A stretch of DNA of 64,000 nucleotides from Octopus sinensis (Eukaryota): NCBI RefSeq assembly GCF_006345805.1, contig NC_043000.1, forward strand, positions 72,602,001-72,666,000, in the 5' to 3' direction. Position numbers and translations under genes: made by a program. Every line of letters begins with the position of its first letter. Within the stretch, counting starts at the first letter, position 1. The notes below the pieces were generated by a model, which made no database searches, was not told the origin of the DNA, and saw only the letters and a program-made list of their open reading frames with translations. Below are positions 13,411 through 24,909 of the stretch, in pieces.

Positions 13411-13779
13411 GGGAATGAAAAGCAGAAGGTAAAGAGCAAAAGGAAAGTTAGTAAAGTTCGAGAAGTCTTGGTGGATTGGTCTGGTATAAATCAGCTACAG
13501 TGCACAGTAAGATCCAGGAAGATTGTAATCTAAGTAGAGTAACTGTGGTAGTCTAAATAGAGTTCCAGTGGTCATCCGGGTAAAATTAAATGGTAAGACG
13601 GTCCTTGAGAGGTGGAAAACGACAGTTTTCATCAACTAAATTCACTCATTCGCTCACAAGGTATTAGTCATCCTGGAGCTATAGTAATGGGACCGAACCT
13701 GAAACCATATGACTACAAAGAGATTTTCTTAACCACACTTGGTATTGTGTCAAATTTTTCTACTAGGTTAGAGGTTAGC

Positions 13780-13885
13780 CGAATACATCAGCCCAAATAC
13801 TTGACTGCACTGTATTTTATATCGACCCCGAAAGGATGTAAAGCAAAGTTGATCTTGGTTGTATTTGAACTCAGAACGTAAAGAA
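13780..13885 (-). mobile_element. SINE family A fragment
   Basis: ATCGACCCCGAAAGGATGTAAAGCAAAGTTGATCTTGG...TTTGAACTCAGAACGTAAAG matches family A. Confidence 0.75.
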
Positions 13886-14849
13886 CGGAATAAATGTCAG
13901 ATCATAAATTGAACTAGAGATAAACATTCATGCCACTTAGACACACAATAGAATGAATGCTGCGTAAGGGGAGGGGTCGATTATAATATTCTGTTTGTTC
14001 CTGCGTTCCTGCCTGTTTCATCCGTGTGTTATACTTACGTCATCAAGGGAAGTCATAATTTGAACGTAAAAGTATATAGATAGACGGGAGGAAGGGAAGA
14101 GAGGAAGACAGAGGAATAAACGAAGCGGCAATAGTTGAACCAGTGAAATAAAAAAAGAGAGAAGGTTTGTATTATTAGAGAGAGTGAGGAGAAGGGAGAT
14201 GGCCTATATTATTATGCATTTCTGTGTTAAAAACGTAGGCACAATAGAAATGTTTGATACAATGAAACAGTGTTATGAAGATCTATAAATGTACGCTTTA
14301 AAACAGGGATGGGGGAACTTTTTAATGCAGCGGGCAAAAATTTCCAAAGAAAGAGGTCCGCGAGTGGATCACAAGTTCTAACTCTTATATCTGAATAGAC
14401 CTTGTATATATCTATGTACAATACGATATACATTAATAAAGATAGGTTTAACACATTAAATTAAAGCGTACCATCTTCATTAACACCGCCACTGAATTTA
14501 GGACATTTATATTAATTATGAGGTATTCTATATTTTTCAGCTAAGGTGTACTTGATTCTCAAGGGGGTGGTACAAACCTAGCAGTATGTGTGTAAAAACT
14601 AACACTTCCTTTTTCCGAGCTGAGATTCGAAACCGAATCTAAGGATTCTTTCTCGTCTGATCCACCATTGACCAAAGAGATGCGAAAGAAGTTTCTTTGA
14701 CCTGTCAAAAAGTGATAGATAGATTTCCCTTCGACTGGCGCTGTGTCATTTAAAGTTCATGTGGACGGGAGGCGACCTACATAGGTAGAAATTATTCCTG
14801 TGGTATGTCTGTCCTTCTAGCTGTCAGGACCATTATAAATACAGTGAGA

Positions 14850-14936
14850 TATATGTATATATATATGTACATATATATATATATATATATACATACATAT
14901 GTATTTATATATATATATATATATACATATATATGT

Positions 14937-14987
<51 letters not shown>

Positions 14988-15027
14988 TCTGTGTCTCTGT
15001 GTCTCTGTGTGTACATATATACATATA
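14850..15027. repeat. Compound (TA)n/(TG)n microsatellite
   Basis: Directly visible. Confidence 0.95.
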
Positions 15028-15944
15028 GATCGCTAGCCACTACACATTCTTTATTTTCTCTCCTTGTTTATTTCTGTGAAGGAGCGCAGGCTCGAAACGT
15101 GGCGCACTGGCCAGGTAGCCAGCTTGCCCGATGGCAAGTGGGTCCCTGCGTCATTAGAATCCATATATGGGAGTCTGTTAGTATCTAAGAGACCCATCCC
15201 CTCAAGGTTGGAAGGATGCATTAAATATTTAAGCCTGTTTGTAGTGAGTTGATAAGAATACTTCTAACAAAACTGAAAAAAAAAATAAATGATAGCCTTG
15301 TAGTTGCGTGTAGGCCGCCTGTTCTCCTGATAAGCAATATCTTTAGACCACTGGATATATATATATATAATTTTTAAAATAGGATAAAATCTTTATAAGA
15401 ATTTCTCAAGTAGTCAGCGTGAAAAACCTCATAAGAGAAAAAAAACCCCAATTATGGTATAAATCTCTTATTATAAAAGGCAGATTTTATCTGCCTCCCT
15501 TTGGGAGTTATACAAATCTACAATATAGGATTTCTTCAATTACAATTTACCTAGCATTTTTAAGAGTACAATGCATCGCGTCATGCCAGGTCCAGTTTCT
15601 AAAATTTAAACTCCAATTAAGCAAAATTTACAGAAAACTCACATTCTGGTGTGTGTGTCAAATACTTTTCTTAGTCTGGTTTACACCACACGCAAACGCA
15701 CACACACAGTGGGCAACGAATAAAATGAAAGTAAATAGCGACAGAGTGATTTGAGGAAGGCTAAACTGAAAGTATTCTGTCTATGACGCTGATAGATACA
15801 TGAGTAAAATGTATGGGAAGCTAAGAGCTAAGAGTGAGTGAAAATGTTCTTGGAAGAGAGTAAATAGCGAGAGAGAGAGTGATTTGAGGAAAACTTTACA
15901 TTAAATAACCGTAGTGGCTTGTGTTAGTAATAAAGTAAACATAC

Positions 15945-15966
15945 ACTCATACATACATACATACAT

Positions 15967-15997
<31 letters not shown>

Positions 15998-16057
15998 TAC
16001 ACACACACATACATACACACACATACATACATACACACATACATACATACATACATA

Positions 16058-16089
<32 letters not shown>

Positions 16090-16120
16090 CATACATACAC
16101 ACACACATACACACACACAC
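15945..16120. repeat. (CATA)n/(CA)n microsatellite
   Basis: Directly visible. Confidence 0.95.
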
Positions 16121-16228
16121 AGTATTGAAGCTTGAGAACAATCAGATACATTTGCAACACATCTGTTGAAAATATTATTGTTCACACACATACATATAAA
16201 TATATACATACAGACAGACGGACAGATA

Positions 16229-16264
<36 letters not shown>

Positions 16265-16304
16265 ATCCAGCATGACCACAACCTCAAGGCTGAAACATAT
16301 AAAA

Positions 16305-16680
16305 GAATAACAGAATATAAATGTGTGCAAAGTACAAGAAATATTAATGTAGTATATGGGGATTGGACAATAAGCGTAAGGCAGTGTCAATGGTGGTTCC
16401 AGAAATCCCGAGCCATAAACTACAGCCTAGAAGACGAGCCTCATCCTGAAAGATCTGTAGAACTCGACAAGGACATCCTGAAAACCCTGTTGGAACAAAA
16501 TATCATCGTAACTGTTGAGGAACTAGCAGAGAAGCTTGGATTTGGTCATTCAACCATTCATTGACACCTGTGTGCTATCGGAAAAGTCAGCAAATTGGGT
16601 CAATGGGTTCCTCACGAACTTTCCGAGTCTAATTGTATGCAGAGAGTGAATGTATGCTTTTCTTTGCTGTCACATCTCAC
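16305..16680 (+). mobile_element. Mariner transposase fragment
   Basis: Translates YGDWTISVRQCQWWFQK...LEDEPHPERSVELDKDILK...TVEELAEKLG...STIH*HL..IGKVSKLGQWVPHEL, with the mariner WVPHEL motif and one in-frame stop. Confidence 0.9.
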
Positions 16681-16699
16681 CACTACTGCGCTATGTATA

Positions 16700-17337
16700 T
16701 CTATATATATAAAACTGTAGTTGTGTGAGTGTCTGTCCCCTTCGATTTAGATTCCTAACTACTCCCACATTTTGCGGTGCAGTTTAACCAAATTCGGGTA
16801 GCTTATAGTCGTGATTCATATCGAGCCCGTCTGAATATTAGCGCGCGTCTACGATGAGTCTACGATTTTTAAAATAATTTAACATCATTTTTTATTCCAT
16901 TTTAATGCATAATTTTTCGTGTGTCGATGGCGGCGGAGTTGGCGTCCATGCTCACACCTGCACCTGTGGGGAAGGGAGTGTAAGGAAATCAACGTCGTAA
17001 TGCGTTGTCAAGGAGACCAGTGTTCTTTTAGAACAACGACTTCATGGCTTGAAGACACCAAAACAGAAATGGCTAAGAAAGCGTCTACATGAGTCTACGA
17101 TTTAAAAAAAAATTTACCATCGTTTTTTTTTCCATTTTAATGCATTTTTTCGCTATTATATAAGGGAAGTAACTCTCTAAAAATGTCTACGATGAGTCAA
17201 CGATTTTTTAAAAAATTTACCATCATATTTTTTCCATTTTTAATGCATTTTTTGCTATTTTTTGGCTATAACTCTCTAAAAATGCTTATATAGTTATTTC
17301 CCTTACAAACCCGAGCAACGCCGGGCGATACTGCTAG
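16700..17337 (+). mobile_element. Non-autonomous Helitron
   Basis: Starts TC after A (16699). Ends with hairpin CCCG-AGCAACGC-CGGG and CTAG (17334-17337) before T, consistent with an A|T target. Three ~75-bp internal direct repeats beginning GTCTACGATGAGTC (~16847, ~17083, ~17185). Confidence 0.8.
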
Positions 17338-17347
17338 TATAATATAA

Positions 17348-17709
17348 TCTCTATATACATAAACGGCAAAATGCCTGTGCTTGTCCTTTATACAAATCCA
17401 CAATTTTTCAGTTAGAGGGCTCACATTTTCTATGATCATTCAAAACCATCCAAGGGTGGTCGTGCACATCTTTACATTTCCCCAGTCACCCTGCAAAGCC
17501 ATTAGAAAATCAATAGAAGTGACTTTTTTGTGAATTTTCTACCCAAAACCCAATCAAAATGCCTGAAACTTGATACGCCAATTGAATGCCAGCTATCTGT
17601 ATGTGACTGGTCGGAGATTTTGACAGTACTCGCATGTATGTGCGCACGCACGCAGCAGTATATGCATGCACTAGCACTATGACCAGGCGTTGCTGGGTCA
17701 TAGTGCTAG
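17348..17709 (+). mobile_element. Second non-autonomous Helitron-like element
   Basis: Starts TCTCTATATACATAAA after A. Ends ...GACCAGGCGTTGCTGGGTCATAGTGCTAG followed by T. Confidence 0.6.
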
Positions 17710-17735
17710 TATGATATAATATAATATAATATATA

Positions 17736-18158
17736 TACTCTTTTACTCTTTTACTCTTTTACTTGTTTCAGTCATTTGACTGCGGCCATGCTGGAGCACC
17801 GCCTTTAGTCGAGCAAATCGACCCTGGGACCTATTTTTTGTAAGCCCAGTACTTATTCTATCGGTCTCTTTTGCCGTACCGCTAAGTGACGGGGACGTGA
17901 ACACAATAGTATCGGTTGTCAAGCAATGCTAGGGGGACAAACACAGACACACAAACACATACGCACACACTTATATATTTATATATACATATATACGACG
18001 GGCTTCTTTCAGTTTCCGTCTACCAAATCCACTCACAAGGCATTGGTCGGCCCGGGGCTATAGCAGAAGACACTTGCCCAAGATGCCACGCAGTGGGACT
18101 GAACCCGGAACCATGTGGTTGGTTAGCAAGCTACTTACCACACAGCCACTCCTGCGCC
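17736..18158 (-). mobile_element. tRNA-derived SINE family B (CORE-like), complete copy
   Basis: Minus strand reads head TGGCTGTGTGG / GGTTCAGTCCC, then TTGGGCAAGTGTCTTC, an internal (AT)/(GT) tract and a (TAAAAGAG)n tail. At least seven copies in the window. Confidence 0.85.
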
Positions 18159-18363
18159 TATATATATATATCTGCACCAGTTAAGCAGCCAACATAGAAC
18201 CGCATATTTAGCATGAACGACCCAACACAGTAGAACTCGCAGAACATAAACAGACACGACCGAATGACCATCGTACACACAGACACAAAACATCATCACA
18301 TCGACATAGTATTTCCCCTGTTTATTTTCTTCTTCGCCAACTCGGAGCAAGTTGGTAATCTCA

Positions 18364-20109
18364 TGTAGCAGATTTCCTTGTGTCTACACCACGTAAATGC
18401 AAGTGTCGATTAAATGAATTATTTAAACCACAATCCGATGCTTTCCCATTGTTTTACATTGATGTCGTCCACTTACCTATTTCATCTGCTACCTCAACAT
18501 CTTTTGCTACACCATCCCACTACATTTGGTGACTCCAACGAAGAATGACAGCCTTCAAATCACACATAACTAAATCAGAACTGGAAAATTGCTGCGATTA
18601 ATCGTCACACAATGGCTCTACAAGAACACAACCCAGTGGCGAACGCATCCATGGTCGCACGATCTTGCATTATGGTTTCACCATATCGAGACCCAATTTT
18701 CTTTACGGCTCACCTTATGCACGTGATCGGTTCCCTGTCGCCAGTGATCATCAACGTTGTCCGAGATCTTATTAAGGTACCACCCAGTTCTGTGTCATAC
18801 GACACATTCAAAATCACCTGATCAACAGGACTTCAAAGTTCCCAACAAAAGCGACTTCACCAGCTCCTTACATCGGAAGAATTAGGAGATAGAACGCTTT
18901 CCCAGCTCCTACGAAGAATGACGCAGCTTCTTTTCTCGCCGAAAAGATTTTTAAGCAACTTTTTCTCCAGCGTCTTCCCCCCCACACACACACACACACA
19001 CCTAACACACAGGTATTCCTCGCTTCCACACGAGAATCCATAGCGGAGCTGACAAAATCGCCGAAGTACCACATAGATATTCAACTGTATCGACTGTGAC
19101 TCCAGCCGTTTCCCCTACAAATCCTTTCCTTTCCGCGACCAGTGCTTCCGAAATGTCGGACTTGCGCTCATTGGTGACGCAGCAGGCATCGCAGATACAG
19201 GCCCTGACAACACATTATACAAGCCCTATCGCTTGGTACCCCGCATCGAAGTAACAGTCGATCGCGTCGATTTCCTAGACGGTCCAGAAGCCCGAGTGCT
19301 TCCCGTAATTCGCAGGAAATTTGTTGGTACCACCGAAAATTTGGAACATGGACGCAGAAATGCACGATTCTATGTTCATTTTCAGCATCCCGTTCGGGAA
19401 AGACACAGCCAGGAATTGAAAGCGACGGAAGTTCCTAGCTCTCACCCACAAAGTCGCCTGTTTTTCATTTGCGATGGTGTAATAGGCATGCGTTTCCTTG
19501 TTGACACCGGCGCAGAAGTCAGCATAATCCCTGTTTCCTGCACTTCAGAAAAGAGACACCAGTCTGTTTTCAGGCAGTCAACCACTCACCAATTCCAACC
19601 TATGGTGAACAGTCCTTAACACTAAACTTAGGACTACGCCGCACTTTCCTGTGGGTATTCGTCATCGCTAAACTGCCGACTCCTGACTTAGGCGCCCTGT
19701 CTTATGAGCCGATTTACTTCATCGTTTCAGCCTCCTGGTAGATATCAATCACAGAAGACTTGTCGATAGCAACACTCAGCTCACTGTGTGCGGTATAGCT
19801 GCTCGTATGGCCACGGTCAGCCCAACCATTTTGCAAACAACGCAACAACCCGTCACAGTGCTATCCTTAAAGAATACCCGGACGTCGTTCGACCAGTATT
19901 CCGTAGTCAGCCTATTAAGCAAGAAGTCACCCACGGTGGATAATGTCATGTAGCGGATTTTCTGATGTCTACAACACGTAAATGCAAGTGTCGATTAAAT
20001 GAATTATTTAAACCACAATCCGATGCTTTCCCATTGTTTTACTTTGATGTCGTCCACTTACCTATTTCATCTGCTACCTCAACATCTTTTGCTACACCAT
20101 CCCACTACA
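18364..20109 (+). mobile_element. Internally deleted Gypsy-type LTR retrotransposon (gag and protease only), 161-bp LTRs
   Basis: Direct repeats 18364-18524 and 19949-20109, both TG...CA. PBS-like TGGTGACTCCAACG at ~18527 resembles the tRNA-Trp PBS TGGTGACCCCGACG. Gag-like QKRLHQLLTSEELGDR..SQLLRRM and protease RFLVDTGAEVSIIP. No RT, RNase H or integrase. Confidence 0.88.
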
Positions 20110-20299
20110 TGTGTTTTATAGTGAAAACAAAATTTCCATTCAAATGGCACTTACTGGACGATTTTCTATTCGAGTCTAACCGTTTTAAGTCGTAGTGGGA
20201 ACGTGATCTATGTCGCAAATAGGCATACAAATATTGTATAAATTTTATAATTGAAACATTTACTGTATTTTGGACATATGAGTATATCAGCTTGTGGGT

Positions 20300-20361
20300 G
20301 CAATAAAATGGGCTTGCGGGGACAATAAAACGGGCTTGCAGGCGCAATAAAACGGGCTTGC
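20300..20361. repeat. 22-bp minisatellite, about three units (CAATAAAAYGGGCTTGC core)
   Basis: Units start at 20300, 20322 and 20344. Confidence 0.85.
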
Positions 20362-20899
20362 TACAGATATATCAATAGTTATGCAAATAGTTGGACAACG
20401 GAAAGTGTTGTTTATTTATGTATTTTTTATTTTTTTAAATACCCTCTCCTAACGTATGTGCTTTTTTGCAATTAGAGAGAGAGAAAGAGCGAGAAAGATG
20501 GAGTGACAGTGTGTGCTGACTGAAAGGAATTCCGGGGTAGAAAACAGTTACATAATTTTAAACGTCGTATACTAGAATATTGTGACAATGTTTAGTTATT
20601 GTTACAAGTAATATTCGACCGTTTCTATATCTTCAATCCGACAATGTATCTATGTGAATTGATAGATTCAGTGATGGCTAGAAGATGGAAAGATGGATGA
20701 CGAGATAGAGCGACACAGTTAAATAAAAGTAAAATAACCAAAGCAAATAACAGTTGGTGTTACTTGTACCATTCGGAGCACAAAGGCTAGAGCCATCTTG
20801 GGGCACCACAATTCTTTCTTTTTTTTAGATATTTGGTTTAAATGTTTGTATTATTAGAGCAGGCAGATACATACATCGACAGAAATATATGTAGAATAT

Positions 20900-20952
<53 letters not shown>

Positions 20953-21095
20953 TAGATGGATAGACAGACAGATTGATAGATTGATTGATTGATTGATTGA
21001 TTGAGTGAGTGAGTGAGTGAGTGAGTGAGTGAGTGAGTGAGTGATTGGTTGGTTGATTGGTTGGTTGGTTGGTTGGTTGGTTGATTGATTGATTG
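20900..21095. repeat. Compound tetranucleotide array (GATA)n-(GATT)n-(GAGT)n-(GGTT)n-(GATT)n
   Basis: Directly visible. Confidence 0.95.
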
Positions 21096-21317
21096 TTTGC
21101 CCCTTCAATGCAGCTTGTGTAAATTTTTACATCTCAAGAATCAAATGCTTCAGAAAAATATACAATTTCATCATATAATTTTCAAAATAACCATGTAATT
21201 TCCACTAGTACTGCTAATATTAATTTATTGCAAAAGTAAAAAATAAAAACCCATCATACTCGAAATAGGAATAATACTTCGATAACAGTAACGAACTGAT
21301 AGTGATGATATCAATCC

Positions 21318-21475
21318 TTTCTACTATAGGCACAGAGCATGAATTTTTTTGACTGATACTTATTTTATGGACCGCGAAAGGATGAGACACAATGTCGATA
21401 TCAGCAAAATTTGAATTCAGAATGCACGTAAAGACGGACGAAATGCTGCTAACTATTTTGTCAACTCGCTGCATT
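21318..21475 (-). mobile_element. SINE family A, degraded and internally deleted
   Basis: TTTCTACTATAGGCACA...CGAAAGGATGAG...AAATTTGAATTCAGAA matches family A. Confidence 0.65.
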
Positions 21476-21479
21476 ATTT

Positions 21480-21729
21480 TATTCTTTTATTCTTATATTT
21501 GTTTCAGTCATTTGACTGCTACCATGCTGGAGCACCGCCTTTAGTCGAACAAACCGACCCGAGAAGTTGTTCTTTGTAAACCTAGTACTTATTCTATCGG
21601 TGTATTTTGCTGAACTGCTAAGTTACGGGGACGTAAACACACCAACATCGGTTGTCAAGCGATGGTGGGGACAAACACAGACACACAGATACACAGGTAC
21701 ATACATACATACATACACGCATGCATACA

Positions 21730-21764
<35 letters not shown>

Positions 21765-21915
21765 GACGGGCGTCTTTCAGTTTTTGTCTATCAAATCTAC
21801 TCACAAGGCTTTGGTCGGCCCGAGGTAGTAGAAGACACTTTCCCAAGGTGCCACGAAGTGGGACTGTACCCGGAAACATGTGGTTGGGAAGAAATCTTCT
21901 TACCACACAGCTGCG
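21480..21915 (-). mobile_element. SINE family B
   Basis: Colinear with 17736-18158, with a longer internal (AT)n tract. Confidence 0.85.
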
Positions 21916-22090
21916 GGCTGGACATAGACATAATGTTATAGAAAATGTTAATAGAAAAAGAAAGAAATCAAAAGAAAGTCACAACAAAAAGGAAAGAAGA
22001 AAAAAAGAAAACAGTTCAATAAAAAGAAAGTCACAAAAAAGACAGAAGGAAAGAAAACAACAGTTCAAAAAAACACAGCAAGCAAAATAT

Positions 22091-22533
22091 CTGGCCACGT
22101 GGTAATCCAGGCATATTTGGTAATCCAACTTGAACCCAGAACGCCACAACTAGAATACAGCTTCCACAAAAATTGGTAATAAGTTTTTGTATCTTCGGTG
22201 AATTGTCACAATTATTTGAAAAAAACTATTCACTTAAAGTGAACAAATTTCTGGAAGCGACATACGCCCCCAAAACAACAATTCTCACAGTTAGGTGAGA
22301 AAATCTATTCACTTAACTGCAGGCAGACCAGGGCGCAGAATCTAGTGAGGACTTCTTGTTTGTACAAAAATAATTACGGCAAACAACAAACTCCCAGTTG
22401 ACCAAAAAAAAACAAGTCTTACTAAGGTAAGATACAGCAACTTTTTAACAATTTTTGTGGAAGCTGTATTCTAGTTGTGGCGTTCTGGGTTCAAGTTGGA
22501 TTACCAAATAATCCTGGATTACCGCGTGGCCAG
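22091..22533. mobile_element. MITE-like element with 105-bp terminal inverted repeats
   Basis: 22091-22195 is the reverse complement of 22429-22533, with few mismatches in the outer ~85 bp. GGTAATCCA occurs twice per arm. No clear TSD. Confidence 0.75.
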
Positions 22534-22686
22534 TTATGCTTCTTTTTTCATCTATATTTCACCAGCTGTATGCCAGCGTGGCTACTTCTTTCAGTGGTAC
22601 GAACAACACTGACAACGAATGCATGTGCAGTGGGAAGCAAGCTTCTTACCACACAGCCACTCCTGTGCCTATAGTAAGGTGGCAAG

Positions 22687-22724
<38 letters not shown>

Positions 22725-23039
22725 GTAATAATAATAATAGTCATGACGAAGAGCGCGATTCGATTGTAATAGATATTTTATTGGTTGAACGATATTTCGA
22801 TGGTAAGTCTGTCTTTGTCAAGTTCAAAATAAGAAGTGTTAAAAATTCAAAATTATAGAAATTTAAAAGTAAATTATGAACGAGAGCAACCAGCATCCAC
22901 ACGGTGATGGAGTGACATCATCAGTCATTAAGTTCGAATTTTATAACAGGCGAAAAGAAACAGAAAAAAGAAGACAGAAAGAAAGAGAAAAGAAAAAAGA
23001 GAAAAAGATTATTTAATCAAAGTTTTGTATAAATTTGAT

Positions 23040-24770
23040 GATATTCTCCTACCATTTTAATCACTCCTCCAGGGCGTGATGTTTCTCTGGAAAAGACCAG
23101 CTAATTGATCACTATCGACGCCCAGAGTTTCCCCCGAGGACGTCGTCGCACTTGCTCGCTACTAATCCTCTCTAGAACTCCATTGTGGAACTTCCGCCGA
23201 TCACATTGCCCGACTTTTAGAAGACTGTGAGTGCTCGCCGACACTCCAGGTTCCAAGTGCTCTTTTTTGGTCTACTATTGATCCAGGACTGTTGCTCCGT
23301 CAATGAGACTAGCAGCGGAAAAGCCTGACTGACAAACGGCAACCTTACTCGCTCACCTTTAAGAAAACGCTGGAGATGTCTCAGGCTCAGCGCATGCCTG
23401 CGCATCATTAGCTACAGCATGCCCAGTCCTCCACTTAGCGGTTGTTGACAGCAGATGAACCGTCTCAGAAACGGAACGCATCCCTTCCACAGAAAGCGGA
23501 AGAGCAAGTGCTCCAGCTTGATCATCCACAAAGCAGGACAAGGGACGACGGTTAGGCGGTAGTGGATGACGAAAGTGATGTACGCATTCTCCACCGCCGC
23601 TTGACCTTTCAGGAAGAGCTTCCTCTCTGCCCATTTCTGGGTGAGACTGTCCACCCCGCTCATCACTTCAAAACCAGTTCTTGTCCACCTGGAGATCCAG
23701 ACGAAACCAAACCCCGAGCAATTTAACCGGTTCTTCCTTATAGCGTCCTACAACGCTGTCGTTGGCATGAACCAAATGTCGAGCTACAGGCCCATCGACT
23801 TGTCCTGCTTAATTTTGCTCCTGTCAACGCTTCTTCTTTAAGGCAATGTCGATCACCATTCGGCCTTCCACGACAACTCTTAGTTCGACCCCGTTGAGTA
23901 GCTGTATACGGTCTGGGAGATTTTCGATGTTATTTTATTTTACATGAAGCGGGGTCTCTATGTTCGTCCTGGACCAGTTCTCTCTGCTGCTTCGCTGACA
24001 TCTAGAAGTGTACCCTGTTCTTCTAATACCACACAGGCCACAATCCACCAAATGTTGACGCCAGGCAGAACGCCCGATATCCGTAGCCTGACAGTTCTTC
24101 TTGACAGATATGTCGAGTACAGGACACACTCCTCACTCCAGTGAGGCGTCACTGAACACTTTCGCGCGAAGTTCTCACTTTTGAAGAGGACCTTGATGGT
24201 GGCAAACTGTCTTCTTCTCTGCATGTGGGCCACATCCTCCAAGATGTCCTTCAAGGCCTTCTCCACCTGAGTTACTCGGTTCGGTTCTTCTGCTCTTTCG
24301 GAATACACTCCTATAATACACAGTTCTTTTTTTTTTCTAGTTCTTGAATTATTTTCGGAGGCACAAGTACTGCTGCCTTATTTCCCTCATATTTAATAAT
24401 TTTTTGGCTTCAGCCAGTTCTTGGATTTTTCCATCCAGGGCTAGCGAAAATATTTCCTTTTTGGTGCTAGCCACGTCGGAAAAACTTTTGCTATTGTTGA
24501 TGTTGTTGCCGCCGCCGCTGCTCGTCTCATGGTCTTCAATGGGAGTTTTCGTTTGAGGGAGGTCTGGTGAGCGGCACGGTTCTCCAACTCAATGCTCCAA
24601 TGATAGAACTTGCTGACGCCATCTTGCATGCTTGTTTTCTCTTCTTCAAACTAGATGGGTGTTTTATGAAGGCAAAATATTGTCCCTTACTAGGTAAAAA
24701 CAACCACAGAACCCCAGCCAAGAGATTCCTGGTGTTCTTAACAATGAGTTTAAACAAAAACGTAGAGCAC
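23040..24770 (-). mobile_element. Tx1-like (L1 clade) LINE: ORF1 fused by deletion to the ORF2 C-terminal part
   Basis: ORF1-like sequence from ATG ~24622 (ORF 23958-24308). After ~23820 it reads PVKLLGVWF..DLQVDKNW...WAERKL.LKG.A.V.NAYI and GGLGM, typical of Tx1 ORF2. Confidence 0.8.
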
Positions 24771-24828
24771 AAAACGATAACAAATAGATGAAAACAATAA
24801 TTATAACAGAAACTCAGGCAGCGTCTTT

Positions 24829-24906
24829 GAAAACGTGTTTACAACTCCGCAGCAAATATAATAATTATTATTATTATATTTGCTGCGGAGTTGTAAATAC
24901 GTTTTC
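24829..24906. repeat. 78-bp near-perfect palindrome (37-bp arms, 1 mismatch, 4-nt loop)
   Basis: GAAAACGT-g-TTTACAACTCCGCAGCAAATATAATAAT / TATT / ATTATTATATTTGCTGCGGAGTTGTAAA-t-ACGTTTTC. Confidence 0.95.
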
Positions 24907-24909
24907 GAA

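Noticed and set aside
14302-14345. CAGGGATGGGGGAACTTTTT...GCGGGC as a hAT-type terminus
   Set aside because: No matching second TIR or 8-bp TSD was found nearby.
16847-17255. Three ~75-bp direct repeats with spacers, superficially CRISPR-like
   Set aside because: Eukaryotic context, diverged repeats, irregular spacing and location inside a Helitron.
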